A program made the position numbers and the translations under genes. This document shows, one piece after another, positions 1-11,648 of a DNA stretch of 64,000 nucleotides (its first letter is position 1; each line of letters begins with the position of its first letter). The notes beneath the pieces are model-generated. The model ran no database searches. It was not told the origin of the DNA and saw only the letters and a program-made list of their open reading frames with translations. Origin of the DNA: Balanoglossus misakiensis (Eukaryota; Animalia; Hemichordata); the NCBI GenBank assembly GCA_040954595.2, contig CM082583.2, positions 7,500,849 to 7,564,848 on the forward strand. Direction: 5' to 3'.

Positions 1-3000
1 GCTGTGCTGTTTGTACCGGAAGAAGGCTCACAGTAGCCACAATCGTCTTCTATCCATCCGCCATCACAAATACCTCGGCAATCAAGTCGCCTGTCGTTGG
101 CATCATCTGCTAGCCCGGTTTCTCCTCCTAATGCAAAACACAGTGGGACAGTGTGGTTTATTCATTTTTCAATGTTGTTCGGTCGGTTATGTCACAGACA
201 TGACTTACAAAATTAATATTTCAATGTGACTGGTTTCTGCCTTGGAAAATTAGAGGCAATTTCAAATTAAAGCAATTGACATACTTACCAACGCATTCGC
301 CGCATTCGTCGACAAACGCTGATCCATCGCACGTCCCATGGCAGTCCCAGGTGATGCGGTAATCCCGGTTTTTCTTGCACAGGCCACACTTATCCATGCC
401 GAAACTATCACTCCGACCCGTTGTTCCGCCCACGCATTCATTGCAGTCGTTGGTGTAGGCCTCGCCATTGCACTGTCCGGCGCAATCCTCCGTAGCGTCG
501 CCGTTGCACACGCCAGCACAGTCTTCACTGGCATCACCATTGCATTCATCAGCACAGTCGATGATTCCGAGACATATCTCTGTAATGGGAAAAGGAAAGG
601 ACACATATACGAGTTATATGGAAATCAAAGATGTTGGGATGATCGCGGTGTTTCTTGCAAAGTCGACATTATTCCAACATTATGTAAAATTTAAAATAAG
701 AGAAGCCAATGATGGTGTTACTAACCTACTTCTGAGGAAGAACTGATTTCGTAAAACGATGATTCTGATCTGTAATCGGACTGGTCATGTCCATCACTGG
801 AGATTTCCAAATGCATGTCTGAAGACACAACACTGAGATGTACATCGCTGTGTTGGGTATTAAAAGAACCTGTAGATGACGGCAAATCGGATGGCGATAA
901 GTCAATAATATCCTCACAATGCTCCATGAAACCATCCATGTTTTCATTTATAATCGTGTCGCAAGTGTCCCTGAACAGTTGTCCACCAATCATTTCCATG
1001 CCCAGTACTTCACCAACAGTGTCACAGAACAAGACAGCTCCATCATAGACACTGGCAGCATTCAAGATGTGACCAGCTACTTTAAGGATATCTTCATTAG
1101 ACAGACCAGGCAACATCATACCGGGTGTTTGGAATGGCTCTATGTATGAAAATGATTCAGGATCGAATGCATGAATGTCGACATCCAAACTTGCATTGGG
1201 ATCTGTTGCTGAAGCTATTGTTGCACATAACTCTGCAGGGGAATCAAATCCGAAGAACTGGAGATCCAGCAGTCCACTCAATTCATCGTTGATTCGGTCC
1301 AGCATTGGCGTACATATATCTGCATCATGCAAGCTTTCCATAGCTCGAGACTTCATGTGCGATATTAGATCATGGGCCAGAGCAGGATCGGCACCTTCAG
1401 CAGTTGCTTCTTTAACATCAATGCAAAGTTGGTCACTGTCATCATAGTCTCCGATGGCAGAGAAAACAACACCCATAATGTGGCCGAAGTCTGGTTCGTG
1501 TTCCTTGTCCATAATGTCTGAGGCGTGTTCAGATAGGGGATGATCTGAAAAGCTGTCTTTGCTGACACTACCCTCGCACAAGATGGCTCCAATATGTAAA
1601 TTGACTCCGATGACGCGGTGTAGGATTTTGTCGACATAGTCTTCTACTGAATGACGTCTGTTCGACAAAATATCAACAACTCCAGAGCAAATCTCATCGG
1701 GGTTGGTTACGTCAAAGTCTAATATGTCTGAGAAAGTGTTAGCCAAATTATGTGAGTACCAATCACCAATTTCATCACTTTGGAAATTTATTTCAGATTG
1801 CGGGATATGTGGATTAAAGTTGTCTACATCACTCCCAGGCCTAGCATTAGAATGCCACGACTCAAAATCGTCTGATTCCGAAGTATCATCATTGCTATGT
1901 TCACTGTCGTGTACATCAGAAGACCATGAGTCCATTTTTTGATGATAATCTTCACTTTCAGATGGAAGGAGGGATGGTTTGGAATCTTTATCTTGGTCCA
2001 TATATTCACTCTTTTCTACATCTGAGGGCCAGGACTGTACATTGAGGTCACTATGCTCGCTTTTATGCAGCGCTTCAGAAGGCCAGGAATCCTGTCCAAT
2101 GTCACTGCTATGACCATTGACAGATACATCAGAAGGCCACGAGCCACCATGAGACTGCAGATGAGGTCTTGATTCACTGTCATCATCGGTGTGTTCGCTG
2201 CTCAGTTGCACATCTGAGGGCCAGGACTGTACATTGAGGTCACTATTCTCGCTTTTATGCAGCGCTTCAGAAGGCCAGGAATCCTCTCCAATGTCACTGC
2301 TATGACCATTTAGAGATACATCAGAAGGCCACGAGCCACCATGAGACTGCAGATGAGGTCTTGATTCACTGTCATCATCGGTGTGTTCGCTACTCAATTG
2401 CACATCTGAGGGCCAGGACTGTACATTGAGGTCACTATGTTCACTTTTGTGCAGCGCTTCAGAAGGCCAGGAATCCTGTCCAATGTCACTGCTATGACCA
2501 TTTAGAGATACATCAGAAGGCCACGAGCCACCATGAGACTGCAGATGAGGTCTTGATTCACTGTCATCATCGGTCTGTTTGCTGCTCAGTTGCATATCTG
2601 AGGGCCAGGACTCTACATTGAGGTCACTATTCTCGCTTTTATGCAGCGCTTCAGAAGGCCAGGAATCCTGCCCAATGTCACTGCTATGACCATTTAGAGA
2701 TACATCAGAAGGCCACGAGCCACCATGAGACTGCAGATGAGGTCTTGATTCACTGTCATCATCAGTATGTTCGCTGCTCAGTTGCACATCTGAGGGCCAG
2801 GACTGTACATTGAGGTCAATATTCTCGCTTTTATGCAGCGCTTCAGAAGGCCAGGAATCCTGTCCAATGTCACTGCTATGACCATTTAGAGATACATCAG
2901 AAGGCCACGAGCCACCATGAGACTGCAGATGAGGTCTTGATTCACTGTCATCATCGGTGTGTTCGCTACTCAATTGCACATCTGAGGGCCAGGACTGTAC

Positions 3001-6000
3001 ATTGAGGTTACTATGTTCACTTTTGTGCAGCGCTTCAGAAGGCCAGGAATCCTTTCCAATGTCACTTCTATGACCATTTAGAGATACATCAGAAGGCCAC
3101 GAGTCATCTGGAGACTGCAGATGAGGTCTTGCATAACTGCCATCATCAGAGTGTTGGCTGCTCAGTTGCACATCTGAGGGCCAGGACTGTACATTGAGGT
3201 CACTATGTTCACTTTTATGCAGCGCTTCAGAAGGCCAGGAATCCTGTCCAATGTCACTTCTATGACCATTTAGAGAATCAGAAGGCCACGAGTCATCTGG
3301 AGACTGCAGATGAGGTCTTGCATAACTGCCATCATCAGAGTGTTGGCTGCTCAATTGCACATCTGAGGGCCAGGACTGTACATTGAGGTCACTATGTTCA
3401 CTTTTATGCAGCGCTTCAGAAGGCCAGGAATCCTGTCCAATGTCACTTCTATGACCATTTAGAGAATCAGAAGGCCACGAGTCATCTGGAGACTGCAGAT
3501 GAGGTCTTGCATAACTGTCATCATCAGAGTGTTGGCTGCTCAGTTGCACATCTGAGGGCCAGGATTGTACATTGAGGTCACTATTCTTGCTTTTATGCAG
3601 CGCTTCAGAAGGCCAGGAATCCTGTCCAATGTCACTTCTATGACCATTTAGAGATACATCAGAAGGCCACGAGCCACCATGAGACTGCAGATGAGGTCTT
3701 GATTCACTGTCACCATCGGTGTGTTGGCTGCTCAGTTGCACATCTGAGGGCCAGGACTCTACATTGAGGTCACTATGTTCACTTTTATGCAGCGCTTCAG
3801 AAGGCCAGGAATCCTGTCCAGTGTCACTTCTATGACCATTTAGAGATACATCAGAAGGCCACGAGTCATCTTGAGACTGCAGATGAGGTCTTGCATAACT
3901 GCCACCATCAGAGTGTTGGCTGCTCAGTTGCACATCTGAAGGCCAGGACTGTACATTGAGGTCACTATTCTCGCTTTTATGCAGCGCTTCAGAAGGCCAG
4001 GAATCCTGTCCAATGTCACTTCTATGACCATTTAGAGATACATCAGAAGGCCACGAGCCACCATGAGACTGCAGATGAGGTCTTGATTCACTGTCACCAT
4101 CGGTGTGTTCGCTGCTCAGTTGCACATCTGAGGGCCAGGACTGTCCATTTAGAAAACTTCTGTCATATCCAAAGTCCGTTTTAGATGACCAAGAACCATC
4201 AGCTAGCATACTACTTAAAATACCATATGATTGACTACCAAATGAAAATTCAGAAGAAAACCATTCTTGGTTAACAAAATCCTTGCAATGCTTGTTGAGT
4301 GCATCTCCATTATCATGTTTTATCTCATTACATATACGCTGGAACATTCTTCCACCAAACATTTCCCTGCCCAGTACTTCACCAACAGTGTCACAGAATA
4401 AGACAGCTCCATCATAGACACTTTCAGCATTCAAGATGTGACCAGCTACTTTAAGAACGTCTTCATTAGACAGACCAGGCAATATCATTCCGGGTGTTTG
4501 GAATGGCTCCATGTGTGAGAATGATTCACTCTTATCAGGATCAAATGCATGAATGTCGACATCCAAACTTGCATTGGGATCTGTTGCTGAAACTATTGTT
4601 GCACATAACTCTGCAGGGGAATCAAATCCGAAGAAATGGAGATCCAACATTCCATTCAATTCATCGTTGATTCGGTCCAGCATTGGCGTACATATATCTG
4701 CATCATGCAAGCTTTCCATAACTCGAGACTTCATGTGGGATATTAGATCATGGGCCAGAGCAGGATCGGCACCTTCAGCAGTTGCTTCTTTAACATCAAT
4801 GCAAAGTTGGTCACTGTCATCATAGTCTCCGATGGAAGAGAAAACAACACCCATAATGTGTCCGAAGTCTTGTTCGTGTTCCTTGTCCATCTTGTCTGAA
4901 GCGTGATGACTATAATCAAACTCACTTTCCTTGTCCATCTTCTCTGAAGCCTGATCAGATGGAAGATGATCTGAAAAGCTGTCCTTGTTACCAAGTGGAC
5001 CCTCACACAAGATGGCTCCCATGTGCAAATTGACTCTGATGACGCGGTGTAGGATTTCATCGACATAGTCTTCTACTGAATGATGTCTGTTTGACAAAAT
5101 ATCAACAACTCCAGGACAAATCTCATCGGGGTTGGTTACGTCAAAGTCTAACATGTCTGAGATTGCTTCGGTTAAATGATGGAGGTACCATTCACCTATC
5201 CAATCATCATGATGATCTTCATACATCATGTTCCAGCACATGTCTCTTGTACTGTCCATGTCATCATCACGTATTTTGTCACACATGTCCTGAAACATTC
5301 TTCCGCCAAACATTTCCATGCCCAGTACTTCACCAACAGTGTCACAGAATAAGACAGCTCCATCATAGACACTGGCAGCATTCAAGATGTGACCAGCTAC
5401 TTTAAGAACATCTTCATTAGACACACCAGGCAATACCATTCCGGGTGTTTTGAATGGCTCCATGTGTGAAAATGATTCACTGTTATCAGGATCAAATGCA
5501 TGAATGTCGACATCCAAACTTGCATTGGGATCTGTTGCTGAAACTATTGTTGCACATAACTCTGCAGGGGAATCAAATCCGAAGAAATGGAGATCCAACA
5601 TTCCATTCAATTCATCGTTGATTCGGTCCAGCATTGGCGTACATTTATCTGCATCATGCAAGCTTTCCATAACTCGAGACTTCATGTGGGATATTAGATC
5701 ATGGGCCAGAGCAGGATCGGCACCTTCAGCAGTTGCTTCTTTAACATCAATGCAAAGTTGGTCACTGTCATCATAGTCTCCGATGGCAGAGAAAACAACA
5801 CCTAGAAAGTGGCCGAAGTCTTGTTCGTGTTCCTTGTCCATCTTGTCTGAAGCGTGATGACTATAATCAAACTCACTTTCCTTGTCCATCTTCTCTGAAT
5901 CCTGATCAGATGGAGGATGATCTGAAAAGCTGTCCTTGTTACCATGTGGACCCTCACACAAGATGGCTCCCATGTGCAAATTGACTCTGATGACGCGGTG

Positions 6001-9000
6001 TAGGATTTCGTCGACATATTCTTCTACTGAACGACGTCTGTTTGACAAAATATCAACAACTCCAGGACAGATCTCATCGGGGTTGGTTACGTCAAAGTCT
6101 AACATGTCTGAGATTGCTTCGGTTAAATGATGGAGGTACCATTCACCTATCCAATCATCATGATGATCTTCATACATCATGTTCCAGCACATGTCTCTGA
6201 TACTGTCCATGTCATCATCACGTATTTTGTCACACATGTCCTGAAACATTCTTCCGCCAAACATTTCCATGCCCAGTACTTCACCAACAGTGTCACAGAA
6301 TAAGACAGCTCCATCATAGACACTGGCAGCATTCAAGATGTGACCAGCTACTTTAAGAACATCTTCATTAGACACACCAGGCAATACCATTCCGGGTGTT
6401 TTGAATGGCTCCATGTGTGAAAATGATTCACTGTTATCAGGATCAAATGCATGAATGTCGACATCCAAACTTGCATTGGGATCTGTTGCTGAAACTATTG
6501 TTGCACATAACTCTGCAGGGGAATCAAATCCGAAGAAATGGAGATCCAACATTCCATTCAATTCATCGTTGATTCGGTCCAGCATTGGCGTACATTTATC
6601 TGCATCATGCAAGCTTTCCATAACTCGAGACTTCATGTGCGATATTAGATCATGGGCCAGAGCAGGATCAGCACCTTCAGCAGTTGCTTCTTTAACATCA
6701 ATGCAAAGTTGGTCACTGTCATCATAGTCTCCGATGGCAGAGAAAACAACACCTAGAAAGTGGCCGAAGTCTTGTTCGTGTTCCTTGTCCATCTTGTCTG
6801 AAGCGTGATGACTATAATCAAACTCACTTTCCTTGTCCATCTTCTCTGAATCCTGATCAGATGGAGGATGATCTGAAAAGCTGTCCTTGTTGCCATGTGG
6901 ACCCTCACACAAGATGGCTCCCATGTGCAAATTGACTCTGATGACGCTGTGTAGGATTTCGTCGACATAGTCTTCTACTGAATGATGTCTGTTTGACAAA
7001 ATATCAACAACTCCAGGACAAATCTCATCGGGGTTGGTTACGTCAAAGTCTAACATGTCTGAGATTGCTTCGGTTAAATGATGGAGGTACCATTCACCTA
7101 TCCAATCATCATGATGATCTTCATACATCATGTTCCAGCACATGTCTCTTGTACTGTCCATGTCATCATCACGTATTTTGTCACACATGTCCCGGAACAT
7201 TCTTCCGCCAAACATTCCCATACCCAGTACTTCACCAACAGTGTCACAGAATAAGACAGCTCCATCATAGACACTTTCAGCATTCAAGATGTGACCAGCT
7301 ACTTTCAGAATATCTTCATTAGACACACCAGGCAATATCATTCCGGGTGTTTGAAATGGCTCCATGTGTGAAAATGATTCACTGTTATCAGGATCAAATG
7401 CATGAATGTCGACATCCAAACTTGCATTTGGATCTGTAGCTGAAACTATTGTTGCACATAACTCTGCAGGGGAATCAAATCCGAAGAAATGGAGATCCAA
7501 CATTCCATTCAATTCATTGTTGATTCGGTCCAGCATTGGTGTACATTTATCTGCATCATGCAAGCTTTCCATAACTCGAGACTTCATGTGCGATATTAGA
7601 TCATGGGCCAAAGCAGGATCGGCACCTTCAGCAGTTGCTTCTTTAACATCAATGCAAAGTTGATCACTGTCATCATAGTCTCCGATGGCAGAGAAAACAA
7701 CACCTAGAAAGTGGCCGAAGTCTGGTTCGTGTTCCTTGTCCATCTTGTCTGAAGCGTGATGACTATAATCAAACTCACTTTCCTTGTCCATCTTCTCTGA
7801 AGACTGATCAGATGGAGGATGATCTGAAAAGCTGTCCTTGTTACCATGTGGACCCTCACACAAGATGGCTCCCATGTGCAAATTGACTCTGATGACGCGG
7901 TGTAGGATTTCGTCGACATAGTCTTCTACTGAATGATGTCTGTTTGACAAAATATCAACAACTCCAGGACAAATCTCATCGGGGTTGGTTACGTCAAAGT
8001 CTAACATGTCTGAGATTGCTTCGGTTAAATGATGGAGGTACCATTCACCTATCCAATCATCATGATGATCTTCATACATCATGTTCCAGCACATGTCTCT
8101 TGTACTGTCCATGTCATCATCACGTATTTTGTCACACATGTCCTGAAACATTCTTCCGCCAAACATTTCCATGCCCAGTACTTCACCAACAGTGTCACAG
8201 AATAAGACAGCTCCATCATAGACACTGGCAGCATTCAAGATGTGACCAGCTACTTTAAGAACATCTTCATTAGACAGACCAGGCAATATCATTCCGGGTG
8301 TTTGGAATGGCTCCATGTGTGAAAATGATTCACTTTTATCAGGATCAAATGCATGAATGTCGACATCCAAACTTGCATTGGGATCTGTTGCTGAAACTAT
8401 TGTTGCACATAACTCTGCAGGGGAATCAAATCCGAAGAACTGGAGATCCAGCAGTCCATTCAATTCATCGTTGATTCGGTCCAGCATTGGCGTACATTTA
8501 TCTGCATCATGCAAGCTTTCCATAGCTCGAGACTTCATGTGCGATATTAGATCACGGGCCAGAGCAGGATCGGCACCTTCAGCAGTTGCTTCTTTAACAT
8601 CAATGCAAAGTTGGTCACTGTCATCATAGTCTCCGATGGAAGAGAAAACAACACCTAGAAAGTGGCCGAAGTCTTGTTCGTGTTCCTTGTCCATCTTGTC
8701 TGAAGCGTGATGACTATAATCAAACTCACTTTCCTTGTCTATCTTCTCTGAAGCCTGATCAGATGGAAGATGATCTGAAAAGCTGTCCTTGTTACCATGT
8801 GGACCCTCACACAAGATGGCTCCCATGTGCAAATTGACTCTGATGACGCGGTGTAGGATTTCGTCGACATATTCTTCTACTGAACGACGTCTGTTTGACA
8901 AAATATCAACAACTCCAGGACAGATCTCATCGGGGTTGGTTACGTCAAAGTCTAACATGTCTGAGATTGCTTCGGTTAAATGATGGAGGTACCATTCACC

Positions 9001-10170
9001 TATCCAATCATCATGATGATCTTCATACATCATGTTCCAGCACATGTCTCTTGTACTGTCCATGTCATCATCACGTATTTTGTCACACATGTCCTGGAAC
9101 ATTCTTCCGCCAAACATTTCCATGCCCAGTACTTCACCAACAGTGTCACAGAATAAGACAGCTCCATCATAGACACTGGCAGCATTCAAGATGTGACCAG
9201 CTACTTTAAGAACATCTTCATTAGACAGACCAGGCAATATCATTCCGGGTGTTTGGAATGGCTCCATGTGTGAAAATGATTCACTGTTATCAGGATCAAA
9301 TGCATGAATGTCGACATCCAAACTTGCATTGGGATCTGTTGCTGAAACTATTGTTGCACATAACTCTGCAGGGGAATCAAATCCGAAGAAATGGAGATCC
9401 AACATTCCATTCAATTCATCGTTGATTCGGTCCAGCATTGGCGTACATTTATCTGCATCATGCAAGCTTTCCATAACTCGAGACTTCATGTGGGATATTA
9501 GATCATGGGCCAGAGCAGGATCGGCACCTTCAGCAGTTGCTTCTTTAACATCAATGCAAAGTTGGTCACTGTCATCATAGTCTCCGATGGCAGAGAAAAC
9601 AACATTTAGAAAGTGGCCGAAGTCTGGTTCGTGTTCCTTGTCCATCTTGTCTGAAGCGTGATGACTATAATCAAACTCACTTTCCTTGTCCATCTTCTCT
9701 GAAGACTGATCAGATGGAGGATGATCAGAAAAGCTGTCCTTGCTACCATGTGGACCCTCACACAAGATGGCTCCTATGTGCAAATTGACTCTGATGACGC
9801 GGTGTAGGATTTCGTCGACATATTCTTCTACTGAACGACGTCTGTTTGACAAAATATCAACAACTCCAGGACAGATCTCATCGGGGTTGGTTACGTCAAA
9901 TTCTAACATGTGTGAGAATGTTTCGGTTAAATGATGGGCGTACCATTTGTCTATCCAATTATTGTGGTCTCCGAGATGATCATCACTGGCACCGTACACC
10001 ATATTCCAGGAAAATCCTGCGCTGGAGTCTTGTCCTATTGATGTCTCACTGTTGTGTTGTTTTACATGGAAGTGGTGTGGCTCTCCGTCTGGAGGAATTT
10101 TCTCCGTTAGTCCCTTCGGAACATTTGATAGAGTGAGGCATGCTATTGCGAAAACCAGTGTGAGTGCCAT
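1..10170 (-). CDS. Giant repeat-ectodomain protein, paralog A (3' part beyond window); likely REJ/GPS receptor-like by paralogy with 11649-28335
   Basis: The 3149-aa ORF starts with a signal-peptide-like MALTLVFAIACLTLS. Exon 1 is 726-10170 (phase-1 donor G|GTTAGT). Exon 2 is 289-579 (EICLGIIDCADECNGDASEDCAGVCNG...DECGECV). Exon 3 is <1-127 (GGETGLADDANDRRLDCRGICDGGWIEDDCGYCEP). Exons 2-3 closely match exons 2-3 of paralog B with the same intron phases. Confidence 0.85.
905..1780 (-). repeat. Seventh, more diverged copy of the 317-aa domain
   Basis: IGDWYSHNLANTFSDILDFDVTNPDEICSGVV...FCDTVGEVLGMEMIGGQLFRDTC matches the 951-bp unit but is separated from the array by the SWPS block. Confidence 0.9.
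2021..4145 (-). repeat. Eleven 192-bp (64-aa) coding tandem repeats, each with three SWPS(D/E) sub-motifs
   Basis: The anchor tctga(g/a)ggccagga recurs at 2021, 2213, 2405, 2597, 2789, 2981, 3173, 3362, 3551, 3743, 3935 and 4127. The period is 192 bp, with two 189-bp units lacking one Val codon. The peptide is Ser/Asp/His-rich and Cys-free. Confidence 0.95.
4330..9960 (-). repeat. Six near-identical 951-bp (317-aa) coding tandem repeats
   Basis: Identical shadow ORFs recur at 4553, 5504, 6455, 7406, 8357 and 9308, an exact 951-bp period. The protein unit (LDFDVTNPDEICPGVVDIL...DMCWNMMYEDHHDDWIGEWY) has 8 Cys. Array ends are approximate. Confidence 0.95.
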
Positions 10171-10384
10171 TTTTTACCAGTTTTGTCGAAGGGTTGTCAT
10201 CACATAGTCGCTATATATTGATGATATTAGGGTGGATAGAACACGCCTGTCTCAACTGCACGAGACCTTCTCTCCGTTTGGAGTGAACTGTCAGTGTCGA
10301 TCGAATTGTTTAGGTTGGTAGTCAATAAATGTCTTATAGACAGAGAAAAGAAAGGATGAATGGCTTGGCTATTCTTTCTTCTGC

Positions 10385-10392
10385 TGACGTCA
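10385..10392. promoter_or_regulatory. Full CRE palindrome ~215 bp upstream of paralog A start
   Basis: TGACGTCA; a TATA-like TATATA lies at ~10212-10217, near the ATG. Confidence 0.45.
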
Positions 10393-11648
10393 GGGGTTTT
10401 CATTGCTGGTAACAGTATTGTTCTCGTAAACAGTATGTTCGGATTGTATTGAAAGCATTCCCTTTGTCGCGAGGGAATTGAGACTTCGTTATTGCATAAT
10501 GTATCGATCTGTGAGCGTGTTTGACAGAGAAACATTCTACTGGTGTTAAATGTACACAGTCACCTCAAATTTACATATATCCATAAATAACAAACATCAC
10601 GTACTAGTATCTGGGTGTTCTATAGAACATATGGTGGCGCTCTTTTTTCGCGTGTGGCACTCACTGAAAATCACTGATTGGCTAGATCTCAGTTTGCCAT
10701 GGTAACTGTAGCTAAATTTTCGTAGGTGATCGTATACTTTTATAATCGGTATACAGGTGGCGCACTTCCATGAAGGTATAGACAGTTCGATTGTTGTGAG
10801 GTTAATGGAGAGTTTTGGAGACTTTTCGTTGTCTTTCATGAAAAATGTGGTTTAATTTGAAGAAAATCATGTAGGTATCATGCAGTACCGCCTTAAAACT
10901 ATAGAATAAACTGTTCTGAATGAGCTGTGACATACACACAAGGACAACATCATTATGAACAGATTTTTATTTACACACAATCTATACCAGCACACATAAT
11001 TAAAAAATATCAGAACGGAATATTTTAGATATAAACGTACAAAGTCCATAAAAAATAATGTGAGATACACAATTTGCTGACTCAAAGAACCACTATGGAC
11101 GGAAGAACTTGGTGGTAATGCGCATACACATTTTGCAGCCGGCTTGGTGTGAGTCGTGTCTCCGGCGTTTATCTGAATGTGGGCTCGTCTGCATTGAAAT
11201 CTCTTGATATATAGGAAAGATCACTTTAAAGTTCTATTTCAAACGTAAAGTGACAAATATAGCGATGTCTTTGGCACATTTGCACAGTACGAAAAAACAC
11301 AGAAGAAGTCTGTGGTTTCGCATAATCCTCACAATACCAAACTTGAGACAGTAAGGGATAATCAAAGTTTATGTAAATGAAAAATGCGGTTGACTATTCT
11401 TTAAAATGCTACATCATAATTACTTTTATCAGTCTTATTATTGTTGTTCTTTAATAGGCGCTTGCAACTCTGTGACAATACAGCTGCTCATTGACCAGTC
11501 TACTGCAGTAATAAAACTTTGTGTACTTGCAGGAAAGAGCCACATTGCTATAAAGTAAACTGAATGATTTGCAACTACATAAACTAGTAAAATGTATGTT
11601 TGGGTGACCAAACGATGATCACATGGCGATTCTCTTGCCACGTGATGT

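Noticed and set aside
1175-9934. Recurrent 64-109 aa ORFs (MSTSKLALG..., MTKYQQLQD...)
   Set aside because: These are antisense or alternate-frame by-products of the 951-bp coding repeat; they are useful only for measuring its period.
2021-9960. Repeat arrays as CRISPR or satellite DNA
   Set aside because: There are no unique spacers, unit lengths are multiples of three and lie within one open frame, and the context is eukaryotic.
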